From: an uncultured Poribacteria bacterium
GTDB lineage: Bacteria > Poribacteria > WGA-4E > WGA-3G
DNA: 64,000 nt
Direction of reading: 5' to 3'
Assembly: GCA_951828385.1 (NCBI GenBank)
Contig: OX639973.1
Coordinates: 2,329,564 to 2,393,563, forward strand
Shown here: piece by piece, positions 1-9,955 of the stretch
Position numbering within the stretch: position 1 is the stretch's first letter
Layout: every line of letters starts with the position of its first letter
The notes under the pieces: generated by a model
Seen by the model: only the letters and a program-made list of their open reading frames with translations
Databases searched by the model: none
What the model was told of the DNA's origin: nothing
Translations under genes and position numbers: made by a program

Positions 1-85
1 TTTCGCCATTTCCAACATCCGGTTGCATATCTTCGGTTTCATCAACATGGCGTTTGAGGTGTTCCTGTTGTTTTTCAGTCGACAT
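1..85 (-). CDS. Pup/UBact-like small modifier protein, N-terminal part (runs off window edge)
   Basis: Not in ORF track. ATG at 85 preceded by AAGGAG; reads MSTEKQQEHLKRHVDETEDMQPDVGNGE, acidic and disordered; sits directly after arc-dop, the canonical pup position. Diagnostic C-terminus is outside the window. Confidence 0.7.
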   Translation of the reverse strand, partial: MSTEKQQEHLKRHVDETEDMQPDVGNGE

Positions 86-99
86 TGTTTTCTCCTTTA

Positions 100-256
100 A
101 TAGTTGTCAGTTTTAATAGTTGTCAGTTGTCAGTACGGTTTTTTTTTCAAAAAAACCTGTCAGTTGTCAGAAAGAGAGTTGGGATCCTCCGAAAACCTCT
201 TAACTGATAACTGATAACTGATAACTGACAACCATTCCTCTGACAACTGATAACTA
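100..256. repeat. Heptamer-based palindromic intergenic repeat, (AGTTGTC)n ... (ACTGATA)n
   Basis: Tandem 7-mers on the left arm are complementary to tandem 7-mers on the right arm; relatives at about 1770-1925, 24922-25030 and 61928-62080. Confidence 0.85.
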
Positions 257-1765
257 TCTTGATGCATTGCCTCGGATTTCCTGAACGAGTTCCTCTGCTG
301 TACAGTTGTTCAGCAGATCGCCAACAATCTTTTGTGTGCCGAAGTGGGGACGGTCCATCATAATTTTGTCAAGTCCCCCCGATTTACCGATAAAAATCAT
401 CGAATTCCAACTTGCACTATAAATGTGCTTTGGAAATCTCCGTAAACAGGTGCCGCGAAAATAGGCACGTGTGTCTACAGGTGGATAGTGCATTGCGTGC
501 ACAATTTCTTCATGGCTCAGTAAGCGTTTAACATGCCCATTTTTGAGTAACCTGATATAAAGTCCTTTATCCGGGCGAATATCATGGTACTGCAAGTCAA
601 GCATCCGGACATGTGCGTCGTCCCATTGGTATCCGTGCCGTTTTCGGTATGCGTCGATCAACTTCTTTTTCATCACCCAGTCAAGATAACGACTGAGCCG
701 CGCTGGGTCTATTTCTAAGTTATCCAGTACGAATTGCCATTTTTTGAGGACATCTTCAACGACTGGGGTCCGTTCCTCAGGCGTGAGGTGCTGTTGCGCG
801 AGTTTGAGATATGCGCGTTGCACCTCTATCGGGGACCACAGTTGTCCATCTGCAAGTTCTATCTGTTCTTTGCAAGATAGGTCGCGCGAGATACTTTTTA
901 TCGCTGCGACGGGGTCCTTCAAGTTGAATTGCTTTTCGACAACACCTTTTTCGATTAACTGGAGCGCGATAGACGTGATACCTGCTTTGAGATAGATGCT
1001 GAATTCAGACATGTTCGAGTCGCCGACGATAACGTGTAAACGTCGATAGAGTTTGTCATCAGCATGCGGTTCATCACGCGTGTTAATGAGCGGTCGGTTC
1101 ACCATAGTGCTAAGCCCGACCTCTTTTTCAAAGAAATCGGCGCGTTGGGAGATTTGATAATCCGACGCTTGCCCGCCATTTTCAGCCCCGACTTTGCCAC
1201 TCCCCGTGATGATAATCCGCGTAACGAGGAAAGGCATTAACCCATCAACGATGGCATCAAACGGGACTTTACGGGACATGAGATAGTTTTCATGTGCCCC
1301 GTAACTATGCCCCTTGTAATCGGTGTTGTTTTTATATATGATAATTTCTTGATTGTCAAGTAGGAGCCGTTCAGCTGCGAGCCTACTGACTTCTAATATT
1401 AATTCGCCTGCCTTTTCATATAGCAGGAGATCGCGCGCATTTGCACATTCCGGCGTACAATACTCAGGATGTGCGTGATCAACGTAATAACGCCCGCCGT
1501 TGATCAAAATGTCATTAACAGCACTGCTGGTGTCCGCCTCGGAAACCGGTGTTTCTGTCTCTGCGAGAAACCCGCGCGCATCCATTAATGGACTTTCCTG
1601 ATCGTAATCCCATGTGACAGAAGTAGCGGTACTTGGAACATCGCCTCTACAAGTCTTATAAGCGTTGACCACCAAAGTAGAGGCAGCGACCGGATCTTGC
1701 TCACGTGCATTTTTGACTGAGATGCCGTACTCAGTCTCTGTTCCCATTATTATTGGTATTTCCAT
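254..1765 (-). CDS. dop: Pup deamidase/depupylase Dop (PafA/Dop family)
   Basis: IMGTETEYGI, Dop-loop WDYDQESPLMDARGF, NGGRYYVDHAHPEY, KNNTDYKGHSYGAHENYL, TRDEPHAD, DLQYHDI. Confidence 0.9.
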   Translation of the reverse strand: MEIPIIMGTETEYGISVKNAREQDPVAASTLVVNAYKTCRGDVPSTATSVTWDYDQESPLMDARGFLAETETPVSEADTSSAVNDILINGGRYYVDHAHPEYCTPECANARDLLLYEKAGELILEVSRLAAERLLLDNQEIIIYKNNTDYKGHSYGAHENYLMSRKVPFDAIVDGLMPFLVTRIIITGSGKVGAENGGQASDYQISQRADFFEKEVGLSTMVNRPLINTRDEPHADDKLYRRLHVIVGDSNMSEFSIYLKAGITSIALQLIEKGVVEKQFNLKDPVAAIKSISRDLSCKEQIELADGQLWSPIEVQRAYLKLAQQHLTPEERTPVVEDVLKKWQFVLDNLEIDPARLSRYLDWVMKKKLIDAYRKRHGYQWDDAHVRMLDLQYHDIRPDKGLYIRLLKNGHVKRLLSHEEIVHAMHYPPVDTRAYFRGTCLRRFPKHIYSASWNSMIFIGKSGGLDKIMMDRPHFGTQKIVGDLLNNCTAEELVQEIRGNASR

Positions 1766-1933
1766 CTTAATAGTTGCTGGTCATTAGTTATAAGTTTTTA
1801 GTTAAGAGGTCTCCGCGGGTTTCGTCCTTCTTAGTAGCCATTGTTTCCCCATTGAAATGGAAAGGTAACAAAGAGGCGTGAGTATCAGAAACCAGACTTA
1901 TAACTTATAACTATTGTTCTGACGGCTCTGCGT

Positions 1934-3718
1934 TTAGAGAAATGTTCCGCCTCGGGTGACTCGGGTATCCTGTTTTTTATCGCGTGCGGGTTCATTAATC
2001 AATGCACGAATATTGACAATTTTTTCGCCTTTACGCCCTGAAATTTTTGCCCAATCGTCAGGATTCGTCGTGTTCGGCAGATCCTCATTTTCGTGATATT
2101 CTTCCCTGATGGCCGCCTTGAGATCCTCAAGACACATCCCTTTGTCTGTTCCATTAGAGCCGATAAAGCGTTTGATCGCTGCTTTTTTCGCGCGTGAAAC
2201 GATGTTTTCAATCATTGCGCCACTGACGAAGTCTTTGAAAAAGAGAGTTTCACGTTCACCGCGGGCATAAGTCACCTCAATAAACCGATTTTCATCCGTG
2301 GTCGCGTACATTTCACGGACGGCTTCATCAATGAAGTGGTCAGCGAGTGCCTGTGTATCACCAGCGAATTGCTGACAACTATTCTTAGCGAACGGCAGCT
2401 CCGGTGTCAGATATATTGCGAAAATGTCTTTAGCACCCTTTTGGTTGGGCCGATCGATTTTAATTTTAATATCAAGTCTGCCGGGTCGTAAAACCGCTGG
2501 GTCAAGCAGATCTTGCCGATTGCTCGCTCCAATGACAATGACATCGCGTAAGTTTTCAACGCCATCTATTTCGGAGAGAAACTGCGGCACGAGTGTCGAT
2601 TCCATATCCGATGAGATCCCCATGCCTCTGGAACGGAAGAGTGAATCCATCTCATCGAAAAAGATAATAACAGGAAACCCTTCCTTCGACTTATCACGCG
2701 CTTTTTGGAAAACTTCTCGGATCTTACGTTCCGTTTCGCCGACATATTTATTTAGGAGTTCAGGTCCCTTAATGTTGATGAAATAACCGCGAACTTCATC
2801 GTTGCCGCTCTCTTTTCGGACGCGTTCGGCGATACTACTTGCCACGGCTCGGGCGATCAAGGTTTTACCACATCCGGGGGGGCCGTACAGGAGGACCCCC
2901 TTGGGCGGTGAGAGGTTAAACTCCTCATACTCTTTCGGGTAGAGGTATGGCAGCTCAATCGCATCGCGAATCGCTTCTATCTGTGTATCAAGCCCACCGA
3001 TATCCGTATAACCGATATCTGGGACTTCCTCAAGCAGCAAATCTTCAACTTCCCGTTTCGGGAGCTTTTCCATCAGCATACTTGTCGTATGGTTGAGGAG
3101 TACATTATCACCGGTTTTCAGGGGCTCCTCTTTGAGAGATTCAGCAATTCTAACGACGCGTTCTTCATCGGTGCGGAGGCTCACAATAGCGAGTTCATCT
3201 TCAATGCGCTCTTTAATTTTCACAACGTCGCCGTGTCTCTCAGCACTTTTAAGAGCGACAACGTTCATTCCGCTATTGACAATAACCTCTTGTCCGACTG
3301 CAAGCGGTTTCCCCTTGAGGGCAGGATCCATATTGACGCGCCATTTTCTGCCGCTGATGTCGATATCGACAGTACCATCTTCGTTCGCGCCGAGGAAGAC
3401 TCCGTAGTTATTGGGGGGTGCACTGAGTTGAGCGACTTTTTCTTTCAGGATTTGCAGCTTCTCCTTCGCTTCTTGCAAGGTACTCGTCAACCGCTTGTTG
3501 CGTCGTTCCGCCGCCATCAACTCACGTTGCGTCTCATAGAGCTGTGTTTCAAGTTCCTTGACATGGACAACTCGCTGCTGCTGCCGCATGCTTTCGAGTT
3601 CCGCCTCAAGCATGTCAATTGTCCCTTGAAGTGCACGCATCTGCTGCTGATACCAGACAACATCGAGCGTTTTTTGCTCTTCAAAGGCGTCCTCGGAATT
3701 TCCTCTTTTGATAGCCAT
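1934..3718 (-). CDS. arc: Proteasome-associated AAA+ ATPase ARC/Mpa
   Basis: N-terminal coiled coil, Walker A GPPGCGKT, IKGPELLNKYVGETER, Walker B FFDEMD, ENEDLPNTTNPDDWAKISG. Confidence 0.95.
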   Translation of the reverse strand: MAIKRGNSEDAFEEQKTLDVVWYQQQMRALQGTIDMLEAELESMRQQQRVVHVKELETQLYETQRELMAAERRNKRLTSTLQEAKEKLQILKEKVAQLSAPPNNYGVFLGANEDGTVDIDISGRKWRVNMDPALKGKPLAVGQEVIVNSGMNVVALKSAERHGDVVKIKERIEDELAIVSLRTDEERVVRIAESLKEEPLKTGDNVLLNHTTSMLMEKLPKREVEDLLLEEVPDIGYTDIGGLDTQIEAIRDAIELPYLYPKEYEEFNLSPPKGVLLYGPPGCGKTLIARAVASSIAERVRKESGNDEVRGYFINIKGPELLNKYVGETERKIREVFQKARDKSKEGFPVIIFFDEMDSLFRSRGMGISSDMESTLVPQFLSEIDGVENLRDVIVIGASNRQDLLDPAVLRPGRLDIKIKIDRPNQKGAKDIFAIYLTPELPFAKNSCQQFAGDTQALADHFIDEAVREMYATTDENRFIEVTYARGERETLFFKDFVSGAMIENIVSRAKKAAIKRFIGSNGTDKGMCLEDLKAAIREEYHENEDLPNTTNPDDWAKISGRKGEKIVNIRALINEPARDKKQDTRVTRGGTFL

Positions 3719-3835
3719 ACGTCAAGTTCTCACTTTCCAAAACGATTTTTCCGACCTCACTCGTGATGGTAAAGTCAGGTTCGCGGATCATCGGATTCGG
3801 TCGAGTTTCAGATTCAAACCCAACACTTTTATTAG

Positions 3836-3864
3836 AGTATAGCACTTTGAAAAAATAGTGTCAA
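3836..3864 (-). promoter_or_regulatory. Sigma70-type promoter of the arc operon
   Basis: TTGACA-17 nt-TATACT on the minus strand. Confidence 0.7.
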
Positions 3865-3882
3865 GAAAAACATCAACAAATA

Positions 3883-4617
3883 CTACAATCGCCGCTTGAT
3901 TTTTCCCCAAGTGGTCGCGAGTTTGTCTGAAGCGGAGACCGCCTGAGGTTTGCCAGCCGTTTCGCCCTCACCGTCTCCCATTTCAATATCATCAATATAA
4001 TTAGTCAGAGCCTCGGGGTGGTCCCAACCGAAGAAGATCCAGCTGAGTTCGGGATTCACGCCGCCTTTGCCACCCTCACCTCTAAAACCGAAATCATCGG
4101 CGACTTGTTCGTCATCGACGTAAAAATCATAAGCTCTCTCCTTAAAGTCGAGCACGATGCGGAAATGATGCCATTCACCAAATTTCCCCTGCGCTACTTG
4201 TTGTCCAGTAGTGCCGTCGAGCGCATGGATAGTGGCATCCGCCTGAAAATTAAATACGGCAGCCCCGCCCCACTTGATGGCATCTCCACCGATATAAAAC
4301 AGCATTAGACCTGCGCCTTTTTCCCGCTGCGTGAATAATGAAACATACTGAATTCCATCATGGGTACCTTCAAAACTTCTGGTGACCATTGTGTTTTCTG
4401 TGACCAGAATGCTTTTACCCGTTTCACCGCGTTTCACGTTGCTTCCAATTTGGCAAGTTTTCTGGTTCATTACCGTTTTCCATTCATCTTGTCCGGCAAT
4501 GTCACCCTCTTTGAAGTTGTCAAAATTCTCACTGTACCACACATCACCAAACGCATTGACACCGAAAAAAAACAAGAGTCCACAACTGAATGCCAAACTT
4601 CGCTTTAACATCATCAT
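3883..4617 (-). CDS. Secreted concanavalin/LamG-like beta-sandwich protein with C-terminal KLATTWGKIK tail
   Basis: GGAGG precedes ATG 4617; signal peptide; GEWHHFRIVLD...YVDDEQV and YIDDIE jelly-roll motifs. Confidence 0.7.
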   Translation of the reverse strand: MMMLKRSLAFSCGLLFFFGVNAFGDVWYSENFDNFKEGDIAGQDEWKTVMNQKTCQIGSNVKRGETGKSILVTENTMVTRSFEGTHDGIQYVSLFTQREKGAGLMLFYIGGDAIKWGGAAVFNFQADATIHALDGTTGQQVAQGKFGEWHHFRIVLDFKERAYDFYVDDEQVADDFGFRGEGGKGGVNPELSWIFFGWDHPEALTNYIDDIEMGDGEGETAGKPQAVSASDKLATTWGKIKRRL

Positions 4618-4971
4618 CACAAGCCTCCTGAAAGTTTTGTTATTATAACCCAAGTTGCTACGGACAAGATTTTGATCTGCAAACATCATTTTTCGAGATA
4701 GGTCGGTTATTTGCGGGAATTTCGTAGCATAGACTGTTAGTCTGCATCATAAAGGGAAACCCAATTTAACAGATTTGCGGCGTACCCGCCCAGATGCGAC
4801 GTGCATCATGCTACCAAGATAGTAACTTGCTACCAAGATAGTAACTTGGGTTATTCTACGAGAATTTCTGACTAAAGTCAAACGTTTTTCTAAATAGGAC
4901 TTACGCAATTCCTGGGTAGGTGCGGTTCTGTATAGCAAGGCACAAAGACCTTGCTATACCAAATTTTGGTC

Positions 4972-6024
4972 CTATTCCACGTCCTCAACCGTCTCATCTG
5001 CCTCTTCGGGAATCGCGCCGGCACCAGCGTCTAAAGATATACTCATTGCTTCACGGACCTTCGCCTCAACTTCTGCCGCGATGTCAGGGTTATCCGCTAA
5101 ATATTTCTTGGCATTTGTCCTGCCTTGCCCAATGCGTTCACCGTTGTAGGCAAACCAAGACCCACTTTTCTGGATAAACTCGTTGTCAACGGCAATATCT
5201 AAGAGATTTCCCTCTTTAGAGATGCCCTGTCCGAAGGTAACGTCATATTCTCCCTCCTTGAAAGGCGGTGCCACCTTATTTTTTGCCACTTTGAAACGTA
5301 CACTGCTGCCAAGAATCTCATTACCATCTTTAATCTGAGTGCCGCGGCGGAGTTCTAATCGGACGGAGGCATGGAACTTAAGCGCAAGTCCACCGGGTGT
5401 AGTATCCGGGTTGCCGAACATAATCCCGATTTTTTGCCGAATCTGGTTGGTAAAGATAACACACGTCTGAGACTTATTGGTAACACCGGACAACTTTCGG
5501 AGTGCCTTGGACATCAGACGCGGTAACAATCCGACGTGCGCGTCACCCATTTCACCCTCAATCTCGGCTTGCGGTGTCAATGCCGCCACAGAATCAATGA
5601 CTACCAAGTCAATAGCCCCACTCCGGATGAGCGTCTCAACAATCTCTAACGCCTGTTCGCCTGCATCGGGTTGCGCAATCAACAGGTTTTCCATATTGAC
5701 CCCGATATTCCGAGCATAGGTGGTGTCAAGTGCGTGTTCAACATCAACGAATACAGCCGTGCCACCTAATTTTTGTACTTCGGCGACGATATGAAGTGCC
5801 AAAGTCGTCTTACCGGTACCTTCATGGCCGAAAACTTCAATGATTCTACCGCGCGGTACACCCCCTATACCGAGGGCAAGGTCCAGCGAGAGCGCGCCGG
5901 TCGGGATCGCTTCGACAGGGACAACCTGACTGTCCGTCAAGCGCATAATAGCCCCTTTACCGAATTCACGCTCCACTTGTGAGATCGCCTGGTCGATAGC
6001 TTTCTGTTTTTGTTCATCTAACAT
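4972..6024 (-). CDS. recA: Recombinase A
   Basis: [58 protein letters not shown]. Confidence 0.99.
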   Translation of the reverse strand: MLDEQKQKAIDQAISQVEREFGKGAIMRLTDSQVVPVEAIPTGALSLDLALGIGGVPRGRIIEVFGHEGTGKTTLALHIVAEVQKLGGTAVFVDVEHALDTTYARNIGVNMENLLIAQPDAGEQALEIVETLIRSGAIDLVVIDSVAALTPQAEIEGEMGDAHVGLLPRLMSKALRKLSGVTNKSQTCVIFTNQIRQKIGIMFGNPDTTPGGLALKFHASVRLELRRGTQIKDGNEILGSSVRFKVAKNKVAPPFKEGEYDVTFGQGISKEGNLLDIAVDNEFIQKSGSWFAYNGERIGQGRTNAKKYLADNPDIAAEVEAKVREAMSISLDAGAGAIPEEADETVEDVE

Positions 6025-6070
6025 GTTCTAAAGTTTCTCCTTTATTTTTTTGCGGGAGCGGTTTCTAACC

Positions 6071-6706
6071 TCAATTTCGCGTCGAAAAATGGCATACGTT
6101 TAAAGGCTTATAAATCGCTCCATTAGGGTGAAGTTGGCTTTGCATGACAGTGATTTCATTAACACGCACCGTTGCCTCATCAATTGTATCATATTTACGT
6201 AGAACGCTTTTTAGCGGTTGAAGATTTATCGGACTTCTGAGCCGTCCGAGTGTCAGATGCGGATGAAAGCGATTGTCCGTTGGAAAACCGAGAGGCTTCA
6301 GTTCAAGATTCACGGTTTTCGCGAGGTGTGAGACAATCGCTGCGCCGTGTTTGATCCCGACCCATATAACCCGCGGACGCGCCAGTGAGGGAAACGCGCC
6401 GATCCCACCGAATTGAATAGAAAATGGAGACTGTGTCGCAGCGATGTTCTGAACTGCTTCGCTCACAGCACCCACCGCTTCAGAATGGACATCACCGAGG
6501 AACTTTAAGGTAAGATGAAAGTTACCGGATTTTGTCCATGAAGCTTTGCGAATCGGCGAAAGCACGCCATCACGATGGGACGCTCCAGCGGACTTTCCCA
6601 AGGATTGGAGGTGTGTCTGTACAGGCTTCAACAACGCCTGTATCGGTTTTGGTATTTCGATGGCGACAAAACAACGAACACTCGTACCTTTAACTGTGGA
6701 CATCAC
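6071..6706 (-). CDS. thpR: RNA 2',3'-cyclic phosphodiesterase (2H family) with a short in-frame insert
   Basis: RCFVAI, two HxT motifs (HLTLKF, HLTLGR), PRVIWVG; upstream of recA. Confidence 0.92.
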   Translation of the reverse strand: MMSTVKGTSVRCFVAIEIPKPIQALLKPVQTHLQSLGKSAGASHRDGVLSPIRKASWTKSGNFHLTLKFLGDVHSEAVGAVSEAVQNIAATQSPFSIQFGGIGAFPSLARPRVIWVGIKHGAAIVSHLAKTVNLELKPLGFPTDNRFHPHLTLGRLRSPINLQPLKSVLRKYDTIDEATVRVNEITVMQSQLHPNGAIYKPLNVCHFSTRN

Positions 6707-7323
6707 GCACCTGCTTCTGGATCGTAACCGGTTGAAAAAATCAGTGCGGATAAAGCTTTGCGGTTATTAACGAAGAACTCCACACCAGACCCGACTGTGA
6801 GTACCAAGGGTAGATACATCATAAAATAGATCGGCCCCCGGGTTTTCAATACAAATGTGGCGGTCTGCTCGTTCTGGACCGCAAGCAAAACTAAACCGAC
6901 AGCAATCACAATGAGTTGTGAGGTCATTTTGTATTTCCCCCACTGGCTTGCGGAGACCACCTGCCCGTACTTCGCGATGAAAACAACCCGCAAAAGTGTA
7001 ACAAGGACTTCACGCCCCATAATGACAACAACCATCCACATCGGAATAAGTCCACCACCGATGCCGTCAAAGAAGGTTAAACAGATTAAGGCGGCACCGA
7101 TCAACAATTTATCCGCGAGTGGGTCCATGAATTTCCCGAAGCTGGTGACACCTTGTCTCCGCGCGATTTTTCCATCAATATTGTCTGTTAGCGCAGCGAG
7201 CGCAAAAATAAGGAAGGCAGGGACCATCATATCTGCTTGAAAACAGAAAATGAAAGGCGGTATCAGGAATAGCCGTAAAAGCGTCAGGAGATTTGCCAAC
7301 CGAAAAAGGGTACCGAAATCCAT
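6703..7323 (-). CDS. pgsA: CDP-diacylglycerol--glycerol-3-phosphate 3-phosphatidyltransferase
   Basis: ANLLTLLR, TDNIDGKIARR, FGKFMDPLADKLL, GKYKMTSQ; start chosen at ATG 7323. Confidence 0.9.
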   Translation of the reverse strand: MDFGTLFRLANLLTLLRLFLIPPFIFCFQADMMVPAFLIFALAALTDNIDGKIARRQGVTSFGKFMDPLADKLLIGAALICLTFFDGIGGGLIPMWMVVVIMGREVLVTLLRVVFIAKYGQVVSASQWGKYKMTSQLIVIAVGLVLLAVQNEQTATFVLKTRGPIYFMMYLPLVLTVGSGVEFFVNNRKALSALIFSTGYDPEAGA

Positions 7324-7373
7324 AATGTATAGTGCCGACACATCAGAGAGTCTCACATCATTGGAGAGCGTCT

Positions 7374-8108
7374 CTAATTTTCGGAAAGATTGATGACCTC
7401 GGCATCTTCAGGCACCACAAACTTGAAAAGGTCCGGTGCGAGTTTTTTATCGCGTTTAATTTCCGAGAACTTAACAATCGCGCTTTGACGAGACCCGTCT
7501 TCAAGTTCAATTTCGTGGCCAACTTGAACAGGGAGCCACCCATCGGACTGTACCCAGATTTGAAACTTCTCCTTCACAGCCGGATTCGCTAAGCCCTTTT
7601 TAGGGGTCAACTCAATGTTGTGTATCCCTTTCGGATTCGCAAATTCGTCAGGGACAAGTGCCATATCATACATCTTTTCAAAATCATCAAGTGATGCCCC
7701 GATGCCCGGAAACAACTGACCTTTCGGGTTGTCCAATTTCATCTTATTCACTTGGTTGAGCGTCGGCGTATACGTCCAACCGTACTCCCCATCAAAAACA
7801 GTCATTTGGATGACTTTAGAGGCATCTTTTTTTCCTACGTACTCCCTACGGAGTAAATTCGGTTTCCTAAAAACAATCCGCCCGCGAGCGACGCTTTTGG
7901 TATTCGCAAACAACGTTGTCTCCTCAAAACTCGCGCTGAAATTATCAGACTTGTCATAAGCTTGTTTGAAATTCTGAAAAATTTCATCAACATTTTGCGA
8001 ATACGCACTGCTAACAAACATCAAAGAAAGGAGCGGTACTGCTAATAGAAATTTTTGGAATCCCACAGATTTCCGCAACACAGGACGCCAATCGGTTCGT
8101 CGGATCAT
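7374..8108 (-). CDS. lolA: Outer-membrane lipoprotein carrier LolA-like protein
   Basis: Signal peptide, FSASFEE, GRIVFRKPNLLR, FDGEYGWTYTP, LFKFVVPEDAEVI; AGGAG RBS; TTGACA-17-TATAAT at 8189-8161. Confidence 0.8.
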   Translation of the reverse strand: MIRRTDWRPVLRKSVGFQKFLLAVPLLSLMFVSSAYSQNVDEIFQNFKQAYDKSDNFSASFEETTLFANTKSVARGRIVFRKPNLLRREYVGKKDASKVIQMTVFDGEYGWTYTPTLNQVNKMKLDNPKGQLFPGIGASLDDFEKMYDMALVPDEFANPKGIHNIELTPKKGLANPAVKEKFQIWVQSDGWLPVQVGHEIELEDGSRQSAIVKFSEIKRDKKLAPDLFKFVVPEDAEVINLSEN

Positions 8109-8235
8109 TGCTATCTCCTATTTTTCCAAATCGTGTTTTGGAAACTGATTTTCACCTAATATTATACCTGTTTTATTTTTCGATGTCAACGCTTTTTCAC
8201 CAAATTCAGTGTCATTTAATTTTCTGTTTTCAATG

Positions 8236-8410
8236 GCGGATAGACCGGCTGATTCTCCACAACCAGCGCACATACATCATTGAGATGAAGATATGGGAGG
8301 CGGACAGATGTTATCAAGCCGGCAAAGTGCAGCTGGCAGCATATCTCAAATTAGAAGGGGCACGAGAAGGGTGCTATGTCGTCTGCAACCACCACCAACG
8401 TCCAGAGTCG
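8236..8410 (+). pseudogene. 3' remnant of a PD-(D/E)xK nuclease-like domain gene
   Basis: RIDRLILHNQRTYIIEMKIWE...GKVQLAAYLKLEGAREG has a D..ExK..Q..Y layout but no credible start. Confidence 0.6.
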
Positions 8411-8434
8411 CGGAAGGTATTAAGCGTTAAAATG

Positions 8435-9343
8435 TTACTTGTCCCTCACACACCGAAAACCGTAACTGTAGAAAGTGAACCAGGGCAAAACGCCGTCGCG
8501 GCTGGCGACACGCACGAAGAAGGCTGAATTGACCCATGTGCCACCGCGCAAGACGCGAGGCCCCAGCCGATTAACTTCTTTAAAGTTATTCATTACCCCG
8601 TCCACACTGTTCGCATCCGACAGCGGATTACGCGCAACTCTATCTCGCGGAAATGTAGAATAGAAATCCGCTTCATATATATCCAAACACCATTCCGACA
8701 CATTACCCGTCATATCATATAACTTGTAGCCATTCGCAGGATATTTACGCACTGGCGTGGTATCCCCAACATTCCGCCCATAGTTCGCATCCCGTGGGGT
8801 GATCGTATTCCCATTCGGATATTTTTTACCCGCCAAGCCACCCCGGGCAGCGTATTCCCATTCCGCCTCCGTCGGCAGACGCTTCCCTGACCACTCGGCG
8901 TAAGCCATCGCCGCATACCAACTCACGTAGACCACCGGATGGTTGCCTCTCCCACTTGGATAGTCAGTTCCATTCCAATGTTTGAGGTAATTTGCATTCA
9001 CAAATTCAGCATTAACGCGCCCCTTTTGCCACTGTGGATTTTCAAGTAAGAACGCCTTATATTGTGTGTTGGTAACTTCAGTTTCATCCATATAGAAAGC
9101 GTCAACAGACACAGTGCGTACCGGCTGTTCGTCCTTGCGCACACCAGCATCGTTGCTGCCCATCTGAAACTCGCCTGCGGGGATGAGAACCATGCCTTTA
9201 GGGGCCGGATCAGAAGCATCGGTGTCATCGGTCAGTACAGGCGCGTCATCCGCCCACGTGAAGTTGGAGACCTCCATACCGCCGAGGAGAACGGTGAAGA
9301 AACAGAAGGATGCAAGAATGAAAAAATTGATATGGGTTTTCAC
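8435..9343 (-). CDS. Formylglycine-generating-enzyme (SUMF1/FGE-sulfatase) family secreted protein
   Basis: MVLIPAGEFQMGS, HPVVYVSW, RLPTEAEWEYAARGG, YDMTGNVSEWC, RVLRGGTW, GFRCV. Confidence 0.92.
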   Translation of the reverse strand: MKTHINFFILASFCFFTVLLGGMEVSNFTWADDAPVLTDDTDASDPAPKGMVLIPAGEFQMGSNDAGVRKDEQPVRTVSVDAFYMDETEVTNTQYKAFLLENPQWQKGRVNAEFVNANYLKHWNGTDYPSGRGNHPVVYVSWYAAMAYAEWSGKRLPTEAEWEYAARGGLAGKKYPNGNTITPRDANYGRNVGDTTPVRKYPANGYKLYDMTGNVSEWCLDIYEADFYSTFPRDRVARNPLSDANSVDGVMNNFKEVNRLGPRVLRGGTWVNSAFFVRVASRDGVLPWFTFYSYGFRCVRDK

Positions 9344-9442
9344 AAAAAATCGCCTATAGCACTTTGTACGGCTGGTTGAAGATTGCGTTAATTTAGCATA
9401 CCTTTCTATTATCAGTCAATCGATTTATCAGGATCGCCGCTT

Positions 9443-9823
9443 TCAATTCGCTATGCGCGTCCAATCCGTCAGAATAACTTCAGCATCGTTGGGTTCATCT
9501 AAAGCGTGCGCGACGAGACGTTCTAAAACTTCGGCGACGGAGGGTTCTCGGAATATCGCCTGAAACCAGTTGCCGAAAGTTTTAATCGCATCCGGGGATT
9601 CGGAACACACCCAGAAAACCACCCGACAGAAGTCGAGGCCTTCGTCTACCCACTTCTCAGAAATCCAGACATCTTGCGGGAAACCGTGAATGACTGGTAA
9701 AAGATCCGCGATTAAGAGCACTAAATCTTGATTGAGATAGGAAATTTCTGGCAATATATCAAAATGAACAGCATATTTATGGGAATGTGGTGAACGTTGA
9801 AGTTCTTCGCTTCGGTTTGGCAT
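9443..9823 (-). CDS. Hypothetical protein
   Basis: 126-aa ORF co-oriented with its neighbours; no motif recognised. Confidence 0.5.
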   Translation of the reverse strand: MPNRSEELQRSPHSHKYAVHFDILPEISYLNQDLVLLIADLLPVIHGFPQDVWISEKWVDEGLDFCRVVFWVCSESPDAIKTFGNWFQAIFREPSVAEVLERLVAHALDEPNDAEVILTDWTRIAN

Positions 9824-9955
9824 AGGAGGTTTTACACGGAGTCCTTCAGTTTCAGATGTGTGGATCGTGGATTGTGCTGATTATTCTGCTAAGGCGAGGT
9901 TTTAAACCCCGCCTGCAGTGAGTGATAAGGAGTTCACTTCCGCCGTTTTGTTGCT

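Noticed and set aside
4809-4846. 19-bp tandem duplication TGCTACCAAGATAGTAACT
   Set aside because: Only two adjacent copies at a REP edge; most simply replication slippage.
6025-6070. SOS box upstream of recA
   Set aside because: No recognisable LexA motif; the spacer holds an RBS and a REP-like fragment.
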